In this document: piece by piece, positions 1-8,917 of the stretch
Layout: every line of letters starts with the position of its first letter
How positions within the stretch are numbered: position 1 is the first letter of the stretch
Assembly (NCBI GenBank): GCA_048941265.1
Contig: JBHLNT010000046.1
Coordinates: forward strand, 1-26,839
Direction: 5' to 3'
Origin: Promethearchaeota archaeon
GTDB taxonomy: Archaea; Asgardarchaeota; Lokiarchaeia; Sigyniarchaeales; SOKP01
Length of the DNA: 26,839 nt
The notes under the pieces: model-generated
The model's database searches: none
Told to the model about the DNA's origin: nothing
What the model saw: only the letters and a program-made list of their open reading frames with translations
Program-made: the position numbers and the translations under genes

Positions 1-77
1 CCTTCAGAAATAATACCTCCTTCAGAAATAATACCTCCTTCAGAAATAATACCTCCTTCAGAAATAATACCTCCTTC
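1..77 (+). repeat. 18-bp coding tandem repeat CCTTCAGAAATAATACCT, 4 perfect copies plus a partial fifth
   Basis: Copies at 1-18, 19-36, 37-54 and 55-72, then CCTTC at 73-77. May continue beyond the window edge. Confidence 0.97.
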
Positions 78-432
78 TATAGAAATTAAAGAAACTGCTC
101 CTACTTTACTAGACATTGAAGAACGAAAAGATATTATTAAAATGATAGAAACTTTACCTGATAAACCTCAAAAAGAGAAAAATGTTATACTCAAATTAAT
201 ATTTGAATCGTTAAAACAAGAATTACAATCCGTTACAGGAGTAAAATTTGCACAATTACTAGATCTATTGAAGGATACGATACTTGATAATTTTGGAACC
301 TCATTAGCACTTTTTGATATTTCAAAAACTTCAAGAGAAGTAAGCAAAATTACGAATAAATTTCAAGAAGAATATATAAAAATATACCAGAATAGAATTG
401 ATAATTGGATTAATAGAATGATAAACAGATAA
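1..432 (+). CDS. 3' part of a hypothetical protein (5'-truncated by the window edge) with a (PSEIIP)n linker and a helical C-terminal domain
   Basis: Frame 1 is open from base 1 through the ATG at 142 to TAA at 430-432 (PSEIIP x4, PSIEIKETAPTLLDIEERKDIIK, MIETL...). The ORF-track start at 142 is therefore probably internal. Confidence 0.75.
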   Translation, partial: PSEIIPPSEIIPPSEIIPPSEIIPPSIEIKETAPTLLDIEERKDIIKMIETLPDKPQKEKNVILKLIFESLKQELQSVTGVKFAQLLDLLKDTILDNFGTSLALFDISKTSREVSKITNKFQEEYIKIYQNRIDNWINRMINR

Positions 433-445
433 AAAAGGATTAATA

Positions 446-970
446 ATGAGTTTGAAGTTATATAAGGTTAAAAACCGTGAAATTATTCCTATCAATGATA
501 TAAAACTTGATAATGATGGAATTTATATTATTTTAGATAAACAAAGCAAGAGGCCTAAGATCTGGATTTGGAGTGGTTCTAATGCAAATATTCAAGATAA
601 ATATATCGCAGGAGCGTCTGCAACAAAAATAAAATCTAAAGAAAAACTTTATGGTGCTAGTATAGAAGTTGTAGAGGATGGGAGCGAACCTGAAAATTTC
701 CCTATCATTTCTGAAGAAAAAATAATTACATCATTAGAAAAAGTTGATTTAAAAGAAAGAGAAAAAATAGAAATTGAAGTTTCAATAAATGCAGAAGAAA
801 AAGTTAATACTACAGAAGGTTTAAAGATTGACGCTTCAGAAGGTGATACATTAGAAGGTGATGATCCAATCCTTATATTAAAAGAACAATTAAAAGTGTT
901 TTTAAAAGATATTTCTGAAAACCTGACAGATGTTATTGTAAAAATTAAAAATTTTTCTAAAAAGTTATAA
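446..970 (+). CDS. Single-domain gelsolin/villin-like protein with an acidic linker and C-terminal helix
   Basis: LDNDGIYIILD...KIWIWSGSNA...DKYIAGASATKI...IEVVEDGSEPENF matches the gelsolin repeat pattern (FILD, IyiWxG, A-xxx-A helix, v.eG.Ep..F). Confidence 0.8.
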   Translation: MSLKLYKVKNREIIPINDIKLDNDGIYIILDKQSKRPKIWIWSGSNANIQDKYIAGASATKIKSKEKLYGASIEVVEDGSEPENFPIISEEKIITSLEKVDLKEREKIEIEVSINAEEKVNTTEGLKIDASEGDTLEGDDPILILKEQLKVFLKDISENLTDVIVKIKNFSKKL

Positions 971-1001
971 AATTAAAAATTATTGAAAAAGTGCAAATTA
1001 A

Positions 1002-2318
1002 ATGTTAGATGCCGGTGTAGGAATTTCAATTGAAAAAGATAGTTATAAAGCAGGAAGAAAAGTAGCACAAGAAGCCCTCAATGCTATGAATTCTAAACCT
1101 AAATTAGCAATCCTAGCAGTAGATTCATTAACTCGTAGAGCATATAATTATAATGAGATATTAAAAGGTGTTAGAGAAGAAATTGGTACAGATATTATTC
1201 TAATCGGAAGTACAGTAAATGGGATCTTGGTAGGAGATCGATTCGCATTAAAAAGTGTCGGATTAATGTTAATTGGTGGCGATTTTACTATCGATAATTC
1301 TTATAATTTTCCAAAATCAAGATTAGAGTATGAAAAAATTGCTGAAAAAGTTTATCAAGACAGTCTAAATTTAACACCAAATGATAATCGTTTTATGTTA
1401 ATATTTTTAGATGGATTAAAATTTCCTAAAGAAGTTTTAGATAAACAAAAATCTCTGAATAGTCGATTTGTATCTCTTTTTTCTGGTTTAGTGAGAAAAA
1501 TGTTTATGAAACAACTCGAAGAATTCAAAGAAAAAGGATTAGGAGTATCTTCCGCCCAAGAATTATTAGAATCTCTTTATGCTAAGGGATGGAAATGGTC
1601 AATAATTGGTAATGCTGCTACAAATGTAAGGAATTATGATTCTGTAGAATTTTATAATGATGAAGTTGGAGATGATAATTTTATTGGAGCCGTGATTTCT
1701 CCAATTGGATCAACTAAATTTGGACTGGGATATTCTGCAGGTGCAGAATATACAGGGAATTCAGCAACTGTTAATAAAAATATTGGAAGTTTTCTTTTAA
1801 GAATTGATGGAAAACCAGCATTAAAAGGTCTGTGCGACGCTGCTAATATCAAAATAGAATCTTTAAAAGAATTAAAAAGTTCTGATTATCTTAACTATTA
1901 TAATATCGTTGGTACTACGGAAAAATCGAATGATAAAGAAGTAATACATCTTGTCGCAACAATGACCAATCCTGATCTTGAAAGCCTTATTATAACAGGA
2001 TTTCCTTTTAATAAAGTTCCAAAAGAGATTCAAATATTTCAAAGTAATATGAAAATTTTGCATAAAACAGCTCAAAGTGCAGTGAGTCAAGCTTTAAATA
2101 ATTTATCTGAACCAAAATTTCTCTTAGGATTTGATTGTGGTATTAGATTTTTTGCTTATGGTGATAATCTTCCTAATATTGTTAAAACAATTGATGATAC
2201 TATTGGAAAAGATATTCCTCGAATGATCGTTGGTTCTGGTGGTGAAATATTTGGGCGAAGGGATTTAGATTTTTATTTTAATAATATGACTTTTATTACT
2301 TTAGCTGGTGGAGATTGA
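1002..2318 (+). CDS. Stand-alone FIST_N/FIST_C sensory domain protein
   Basis: N-terminal DSYKAGRKVAQEAL, LIGST, FLDG, RIDGKPA, and FIST_C motifs FDCGIR, GGEI, FNNMT. Confidence 0.85.
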   Translation: MLDAGVGISIEKDSYKAGRKVAQEALNAMNSKPKLAILAVDSLTRRAYNYNEILKGVREEIGTDIILIGSTVNGILVGDRFALKSVGLMLIGGDFTIDNSYNFPKSRLEYEKIAEKVYQDSLNLTPNDNRFMLIFLDGLKFPKEVLDKQKSLNSRFVSLFSGLVRKMFMKQLEEFKEKGLGVSSAQELLESLYAKGWKWSIIGNAATNVRNYDSVEFYNDEVGDDNFIGAVISPIGSTKFGLGYSAGAEYTGNSATVNKNIGSFLLRIDGKPALKGLCDAANIKIESLKELKSSDYLNYYNIVGTTEKSNDKEVIHLVATMTNPDLESLIITGFPFNKVPKEIQIFQSNMKILHKTAQSAVSQALNNLSEPKFLLGFDCGIRFFAYGDNLPNIVKTIDDTIGKDIPRMIVGSGGEIFGRRDLDFYFNNMTFITLAGGD

Positions 2319-2462
2319 ATTACTAAAGAAAACTAACTAATGTAACTCTTTTTTTTTTAAACTTTATATATTTTTATATATTGATATAATCTTTAAGAAT
2401 CGCTATAACATAAAGTGGGAATAAAGAAAATATAAATATAAAATCTTATATGTGTAGTATAA

Positions 2463-2502
2463 AGTGATTTTTAGAAAATATTTTGTTTGTATAAAAATCA
2501 CT
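2463..2502. promoter_or_regulatory. Perfect 11-bp inverted repeat upstream of luxE (operator or 5'-leader hairpin)
   Basis: AGTGATTTTTA (2463-2473) / TAAAAATCACT (2492-2502) with an 18-nt spacer. It lies downstream of TATA-like tracts (~2428-2452) and 30 nt before the luxE ATG. Confidence 0.5.
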
Positions 2503-2532
2503 ATTTTAAGAAATTAGGTAGAAAAGGATAAA

Positions 2533-3717
2533 ATGATAATCGATAATATATTAGAAAAAGCAGAAATTTTTTTTGATAAAAAGAATTTAAAAGAATTAGA
2601 AACACAGAGATTTAAGGCTATTAATGAGACTACAAGTCACCAATTTGAGAGCTGTGTATCTTATCGTCAGTTTTGCAAGCAGAAAAATTTTAATCCACTT
2701 AGGGATTTAAAATCATCTGAGGATATAAGTAAAATTCCGTATTTAACTACTGCAAACTTTAAAGTCAAATCTGGAAAACCAAAAGGGTTTCTCTGTGTTC
2801 CAGAAAGTGATATCCAGATATGGACACTTTCAAGTGGGACTTCTGGAGATCCTTCAATGATAGGAAGAGATAATATAAATTTAGTAAGATATTTTAGGGC
2901 AATGCATACGGTTTTTAGCATGATGTCAAATTGTACAGAATATGATTGGACTCTTATGTTTCAACCCCCTGTAAGACAAAGATTTACAATTAAAGATAAA
3001 GTCCAAGAACCTCAACATCACATGAGTTATATTTTTAACGTAGAAAATAGACTTCCTATGGATAAACGAGTTTACGCTTTGAAATTAGCAGACGAAGAAG
3101 CAAGAAAACAAGGAAAAATGTTTGAATTTGATCCTGACACTACATTTGGTTTTCTAAATTCAAATCCAAAAGCAAAAGGTTATGGATGGATTGGAGGTGC
3201 AGTTCCTATAATCTACTCCACATTAAAAGGCTATTATGATAAAACAGGTCAAGTTTTTGACATAGGAGAAGAATCTTTTCTAATATTTGGAGGGGGCTGG
3301 AAAACTTATTCTGGACCTCCAATTACACCTGAAAAATTTCGTGAGGATATGTCAAAAATTTTAGGAATTCCTAAACAACATATTCTTGATACATACAGCT
3401 TTACAGAAACGGATTGTTTTATTTCTGAATGTGAATATCATAACAAACATTGTCTTCCATGGCAAGATGTAATTATAAGAGATGTTGAAACGCTTGAACC
3501 TGTTGAGATGGGAGAAAGAGGTTTGATAAATATAATTAATCCAATCGCATATAGCTATGCAGGAATTTCAATACTTCAGGACGATATCGCAAGAATAACA
3601 ATGGTAAACGAATGCCCATGTGGAAGACAAGGTAAAATATTAGAAATTGAGGGTAGAGCTGAAGGTGCTGAAGCAAGAGGTTGTGGTGCTCAAATTGCTG
3701 ATGATACTTTAAGTTAA
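2533..3717 (+). CDS. luxE: LuxE-family acyl-protein synthetase (long-chain fatty acid--protein ligase)
   Basis: SSGTSG adenylation loop, GGGWK, DTYSFTE, QDD, CPCGRQG, and C-terminal GRAEGAEARGCG carrying the acylated Cys typical of LuxE. Confidence 0.88.
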   Translation: MIIDNILEKAEIFFDKKNLKELETQRFKAINETTSHQFESCVSYRQFCKQKNFNPLRDLKSSEDISKIPYLTTANFKVKSGKPKGFLCVPESDIQIWTLSSGTSGDPSMIGRDNINLVRYFRAMHTVFSMMSNCTEYDWTLMFQPPVRQRFTIKDKVQEPQHHMSYIFNVENRLPMDKRVYALKLADEEARKQGKMFEFDPDTTFGFLNSNPKAKGYGWIGGAVPIIYSTLKGYYDKTGQVFDIGEESFLIFGGGWKTYSGPPITPEKFREDMSKILGIPKQHILDTYSFTETDCFISECEYHNKHCLPWQDVIIRDVETLEPVEMGERGLINIINPIAYSYAGISILQDDIARITMVNECPCGRQGKILEIEGRAEGAEARGCGAQIADDTLS

Positions 3718-3862
3718 AAAATTAAAAAGAATACAAATAGGATAAAGTCAATATGATTTAGAGTCAAAATTGTAGGGGATACTAAGTCAATCAAATTCAA
3801 TTTTAAAGAAATAATTTAAAAATATTTTTTTTTTATTTTTAATAATTTGGAGGTATAAGTGA

Positions 3863-5557
3863 ATGATAAAAAAAATTAATATTCCAGCTTTTGTTTTTCA
3901 ACCTATCTATAAAGAAAACTCAACAAAAGAAGTAATTAAAAGACACGATGATATATTAGAAATCGAATTTCCTATATTTGAAAAGGAAGAAGTGCTGAAT
4001 ATTGCTGAGAAGTTAGCTTTGAAAAAAAGAAGAGCTCATGATAGAAATATAGATGATATATTAGAAGTTATTGATCATGTAGGAGATTTATGGCGTAATC
4101 CTAACTATGATATCCATAAGGAAGCTTTAGAAATTATAGCATTGATGACAGGACAATCAAAAAAATTATGCGAAATCGAATTAATGGGAACATTATCCTT
4201 ATGGAGTAGAGGCATAGCTGAAGCAGAATTGATGGGAGAGATAGGGGGGAAAAATTATTTAGAAGATTGGGTTACAAAAGGAGACATGAGAATTCATGCT
4301 CAACCAAGAGGTTTAATTTTACATAATATGGCTGGAAATGCATTTAATTTAGGATTGTTAACAATATTTTATGGATTAATAACTAAAAATGTGAATTTAA
4401 TAAAACTCTCACATGGAGAACCATATATTACAGTCAGATTATGCGAATCAATAGCAGACATAGATAAAAAAATAGCTAATGAAATTGTTGCTCTTTACTG
4501 GAAAGGAAGTAGAACTGATATATATGATGCTCTATTTCATTCAGGAACTATAGATGGTGTTCTTGCATGGGGTGGTATTGATTCAATTGAAGAAGTAAGA
4601 CGAAAAGCATATCATTATGGAATAAAAATAATTGACCATGGTCCAAAACTTTCCTTTAGTGTTATTTCGGAGGATATTTTTAAAGATATTAATCAAATGA
4701 GAGAAATTGCTCAAAAATTAGCAATTGATATCATTTGTTGGAATCAAAAGGCTTGTTTAAGCCCGAGGGTTATCTATATTGTTGATGATCCTCAAAAATC
4801 AGCCACATTCGAAAAATATACAAATGATTTATCTTCAAAATCTTCAGATTTACAGGGATCTTCTCAACCTAATAATAAGTTTTTTGATTATAATGTTGAT
4901 GAATCAAGTGGTTCTGAAATCTCTACTCTTATGCAAAGATCTTTAAAATTACTTAGAAATGAATGCTCAGAATTATCTCCGAAAGGTTTTGCTAAAATGC
5001 TAGCTAAGGGATTTGAAAAAATAGATGAGATTCTCCCACGAGCTCATTTGACAAGCGTAGATAGCTTATCAACAGCTAAAAAACGAGAATATTTTTTCAT
5101 GAATTATAGTATCAACAAAGCCGCACGTATTTTTACTCCTCCAAAGAACAAACTTGATTGGACAGTAATCTATTTCCGAGATTTACCAAAAATGAAAGAA
5201 ATTGATATGTGTCAAGATAGATTCGTGATTGTGACAAGAATCTTTAATATTCAGAACCTAATATACTCTATAAGAAAAGAAAAATTACAGAAATACATGC
5301 AAACTGTCTCAATTTATGGAACAGATGATTTTGTAAAGAAAGTAGCTGAGGATTTATCTTTAATTGGAGCTTATAGATTTCCTAGGATTGGAGAACATAA
5401 TATCCAACCAGTTGGAGCTCCTTGGGATGGGCATTATGTTTTACAAGATATGATAAAATGGGTTTATATAGGATATACTGGACAAGAAAATGATAATAAT
5501 GAAACTCAAAAGATAAGTCTTTTTAAAGGTTTGGAAATTCCAGATACAAATGAATAA
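3863..5557 (+). CDS. luxC: LuxC-family acyl-CoA/acyl-protein reductase
   Basis: QPRGLILHNMAGN, KNVNLIKLS, AWGG, HGPKLSF, NQKACLSP (catalytic Cys), QTVS, RIG and PWDG motifs. GGAGGT SD-like motif upstream. Confidence 0.9.
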   Translation: MIKKINIPAFVFQPIYKENSTKEVIKRHDDILEIEFPIFEKEEVLNIAEKLALKKRRAHDRNIDDILEVIDHVGDLWRNPNYDIHKEALEIIALMTGQSKKLCEIELMGTLSLWSRGIAEAELMGEIGGKNYLEDWVTKGDMRIHAQPRGLILHNMAGNAFNLGLLTIFYGLITKNVNLIKLSHGEPYITVRLCESIADIDKKIANEIVALYWKGSRTDIYDALFHSGTIDGVLAWGGIDSIEEVRRKAYHYGIKIIDHGPKLSFSVISEDIFKDINQMREIAQKLAIDIICWNQKACLSPRVIYIVDDPQKSATFEKYTNDLSSKSSDLQGSSQPNNKFFDYNVDESSGSEISTLMQRSLKLLRNECSELSPKGFAKMLAKGFEKIDEILPRAHLTSVDSLSTAKKREYFFMNYSINKAARIFTPPKNKLDWTVIYFRDLPKMKEIDMCQDRFVIVTRIFNIQNLIYSIRKEKLQKYMQTVSIYGTDDFVKKVAEDLSLIGAYRFPRIGEHNIQPVGAPWDGHYVLQDMIKWVYIGYTGQENDNNETQKISLFKGLEIPDTNE

Positions 5558-5602
5558 AAACTGAATTTTTTTGTTTTAAGGTAATAATTTTAGTTTTAAT
5601 AG

Positions 5603-7405
5603 TTACAGAAGTAAAATATCTAACCTTTTTACCTTGCTATACACTATTTCTTCTTTCTGATAAATTAGTATGATCTCCAAACTATCTGTTATTGGTTTTG
5701 TACGTTCTAATTGATAATTATGAAACTTCCATGTTAATATAAAATCTTGATTTGGTTTAAGTCTTGGAGGGATATATTTATCATTATCATCATACTCGGC
5801 TCTAAAATCTAGATTTTTTGGATAATCAATAAATATTGATAAATTCGAAATTATAACTGCTGAAGTATTTTTAATTTTAACAAGTAATTGAACATCATAA
5901 TCAAATGTTTTCAAGCTATGTGTAATTCTCCATTTTTTTAAGAATAATAAATCATCTTCTATATCACTAATATCTCTTATTGGTTCAATAATGTCTTTAT
6001 TGATTACGACTCTAAGCATTTTACTCTTTAAGAGAATCTTTAAAATCTCCATTAATTTTGATTTAGTCAGATGAAATTTATCACATAATTCCGTTATTTT
6101 AACTTGACCTCCTTGTTTCAAATTCAAATCCAACCAAACACTCATAGTCATATAACTAAGTTGAGGCATTATATCGTAAAGTAATTTTATTAAGTTCTGC
6201 CTTCTATTTTCTTCATTTTCGTCATCCATTAATCCTTTCGAAATTAATATATCATAACATGTTGAATAGATGTCATAATGCGGATTAGGAGATAATATCA
6301 TTCTTAATTTTAAATAATTAAATTGGGTAAGATTATCTAATATATAGGTTAATAATTTAGAAAAAATATTTTTCATCAATTGAAGATTTGAATTATATAA
6401 GTTTCGTATTACACTATTTAGCATTGAAAAAATTTGATCATCTGATAATGTCAAATCTTTGAAAATATTATAAAACCTGTTAAAACCGTGTTTAACTATT
6501 GAATGTCTTAAAATATCCTCAATTGCTCCTAAATTATCTAATTTCTTATTTTTTATGAGAGAAAATAAGATATCATCAAATAATACAGGATGATATTCAA
6601 TAATTTCCTTGATAATTTTAACTATTAAATTATTTATTAAATAATCATCATAATCCAAAAGAAAGAATAACTCTTTTTTGATAGGTTTTATTAATTCTTT
6701 TTTTTTAATTGCGATTTTACCTATTAAAAATAAAATTTTTTCTTGTGCTAACCATTCTCGATTAGGTATAGACTTAACCAAATTTGTAATATCTTCAACT
6801 GCAAATGTTTCTATGAATAGTTTTAATAAAAAGTCAAGAACTTCTCGTATTACATCAACATCTTTTTCATCATATAAAACCTCTAATTCTTTATCAAATT
6901 TTCTTATTTCAGTAGCCATCTGTAAAGAGATTTTGTTTAAAAATTGAATAATTTTAATCCTAGTTGTCCAAATTTCATCTTTTAAACTTCTTATTAAACA
7001 CTCTAATATATCTTGTTGATATTCTGAAAATTCAAAAAAAATTTCAATTAATATATTAATAAATGTTTCCCTGACAAATGGTTCAAATCCATTCATTCGT
7101 GAAATTATAAATTTAATTTCACTCTTAACTAAATTTTTATTTTTGATGATGTTATTAGAAAATAGATAGATTGCCATTTCTTGTATATTTTCATCAAAAC
7201 TATCTATAAGAGGTTTTATTTTTTGTAACTGTTCTAAAGATAAATCGAAACCGTTTTCTTGAATTTCTAATATTCCAGTTAAAATTTCTGGTAATAATGA
7301 ATGATTATTATCGCTATTAATTAATGATATTAAATTATCTAAAGCTTCTCCATATTTTCCATCTCTTATATCTTGTTTAATATATTTTAAATCAATCTCA
7401 GTTAT
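5603..7405 (-). CDS. HEAT-repeat protein with a winged-helix (PCI-like) segment and a C-terminal Ig-like beta-sandwich; ~600 aa if started at ATA 7405
   Basis: HEAT-like motifs (LKDEIWTTR, DEKDVDVIREV, REWLAQE, LLDYDDYLI). The frame stays open 76 codons upstream of the ORF-track ATG (7177) up to ATA at 7405, with AAGGGGTTG just upstream. Confidence 0.7.
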   Translation of the reverse strand: MTEIDLKYIKQDIRDGKYGEALDNLISLINSDNNHSLLPEILTGILEIQENGFDLSLEQLQKIKPLIDSFDENIQEMAIYLFSNNIIKNKNLVKSEIKFIISRMNGFEPFVRETFINILIEIFFEFSEYQQDILECLIRSLKDEIWTTRIKIIQFLNKISLQMATEIRKFDKELEVLYDEKDVDVIREVLDFLLKLFIETFAVEDITNLVKSIPNREWLAQEKILFLIGKIAIKKKELIKPIKKELFFLLDYDDYLINNLIVKIIKEIIEYHPVLFDDILFSLIKNKKLDNLGAIEDILRHSIVKHGFNRFYNIFKDLTLSDDQIFSMLNSVIRNLYNSNLQLMKNIFSKLLTYILDNLTQFNYLKLRMILSPNPHYDIYSTCYDILISKGLMDDENEENRRQNLIKLLYDIMPQLSYMTMSVWLDLNLKQGGQVKITELCDKFHLTKSKLMEILKILLKSKMLRVVINKDIIEPIRDISDIEDDLLFLKKWRITHSLKTFDYDVQLLVKIKNTSAVIISNLSIFIDYPKNLDFRAEYDDNDKYIPPRLKPNQDFILTWKFHNYQLERTKPITDSLEIILIYQKEEIVYSKVKRLDILLL

Positions 7406-7807
7406 CTACCAGCAACCCCTTAGAAAATTATTTATTAATTTATCTATTCATAAAAAAAGTAATATTACTAGTTTAAAAATTTGTAGAATAAGATAATATT
7501 AATTGTTTTAAGTTTAATTTGGATCGTCTTGAGTCCAATTATTGGATTGGATTTAGTATTGAAAGAGACATGGAAAATTGGCTACCAGAATATTTAGGGT
7601 GATATATTTTAAGTAATGAAATATCTGAAGTTAAGAAAATACTAAAGACTATTATTCCGATCAAAGAGAGAGAAATTATAAACCAGCAAACTTATTATTT
7701 CAGATAAAGATGATGAATTTTAATTTTAAGCATTAAAAAAGATATTTTTTAGTTATTAAACACAATGAGATTTTTCTAAGTTGTAATGAAAAATGAAATT
7801 TAAATAC

Positions 7808-8836
7808 TTAATTAGGTTTTTTATATTTCTTTAAAAGCTCTTTAGGTGTAAAGATTCCATCTTCAGTAATAATTCCAGTAACCAACCTAAAAGGCGTTAT
7901 ATCAAAAGCATAGTTTAAGCATTCAACACCATCGGGAACAATTTGGACTTTACCAAGAACGTTACTAACTTCGGAGTCGTCTCTTTGTTCAATGGTGACA
8001 TCCTCAATGGTTTCTTGAAGAGATAATGTAGATGTTGGCGCTGCTACATAAAATGGGATATTATTATCTTTTGCAGCTAAAGCAACTAAGTAAGTGCCTA
8101 TTTTATTAAAAACTGCATCAGATGTCACCCGATCTGTACCTACAATAACTTTATCTATTTTCCCTAATCTCATAATTAAACCGGACGAGGTGTCTGATAT
8201 AACCTTTACAGGTATATTATCATAATGCAATTCATAAGCAGTAAGCCTTGCACCTTGAAGTCTTGGCCTTGTTTCATCAGCAATTACTGAAATTTTTTTT
8301 CCCTCTTCAATAGCTGCTCTAATCGGAGCTAATGCCGTTCCATATTGAACAGTTGCGAGAGAACCTGCATTACAATGGGTTAAAACAACATCGCCATCTG
8401 ATAATAAAGCAGCTCCATTTTTTCCCAATGCCTTATTAACATTAACATCTTCTTGAGCCATAATTTTAGCTTCTTCTATTACAAGTTCTGAAATATTTGA
8501 AGGTTCATCGGGAAAGGTACTTATTATCTTCCAAATTCTATTAACCGCCCAAAACAAATTTGATGCAGTTGGCCGCGTGCTTCGGATAACATTCGCAGCC
8601 TCTTCCATTGATTTAAGAAACCTCTCCTTTGGAAGGTCCTTATATTCAATCGTAGCTAATGCCATTCCCATTGCTGCAGCTACTCCAATAGCCGGAGCGC
8701 CCCGAATATTCATTACTTTTATTGATTGAGCTACATCTCTATAATTATCGAACTCTAAAAATTTAAGCTCGTGGGGAAGCAGGGTCTGATCTATCATTTT
8801 AACTTTATTATCTATCCATTCTATCGAAGGAATCAT
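7808..8836 (-). CDS. mtnA: S-methyl-5-thioribose-1-phosphate isomerase (eIF2B-related family)
   Basis: IDQTLLP, IRGAPAIG, TRPTASNL, LTHCNAGSLAT, DETRPRLQGARLTAYEL, NKIGTY, AFDITP. Confidence 0.92.
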   Translation of the reverse strand: MIPSIEWIDNKVKMIDQTLLPHELKFLEFDNYRDVAQSIKVMNIRGAPAIGVAAAMGMALATIEYKDLPKERFLKSMEEAANVIRSTRPTASNLFWAVNRIWKIISTFPDEPSNISELVIEEAKIMAQEDVNVNKALGKNGAALLSDGDVVLTHCNAGSLATVQYGTALAPIRAAIEEGKKISVIADETRPRLQGARLTAYELHYDNIPVKVISDTSSGLIMRLGKIDKVIVGTDRVTSDAVFNKIGTYLVALAAKDNNIPFYVAAPTSTLSLQETIEDVTIEQRDDSEVSNVLGKVQIVPDGVECLNYAFDITPFRLVTGIITEDGIFTPKELLKKYKKPN

Positions 8837-8917
8837 AATGATTAAAAATATTAGAAGCTTTAAAAAGTTAAATCTGTTTCTTTAAAAACGTTGTATTAAA
8901 TGATATAGGTGCTAAAA

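Noticed and set aside
1-77. CRISPR array
   Set aside because: The repeats are contiguous, have no spacers and are in frame in a CDS.
3746-3790. Three AGTCAA copies between luxE and luxC (3746, 3762, 3785)
   Set aside because: Short and irregularly spaced; cannot be distinguished from chance.
2533-5557. Bioluminescence operon
   Set aside because: No luxA, luxB, luxD or luxG-like gene adjacent; luxEC alone cannot produce light.
7808-8836. eIF2B subunit or ribose-1,5-bisphosphate isomerase
   Set aside because: The THCNAGSLAT and LQGARLTAYEL motifs fit MtnA better.
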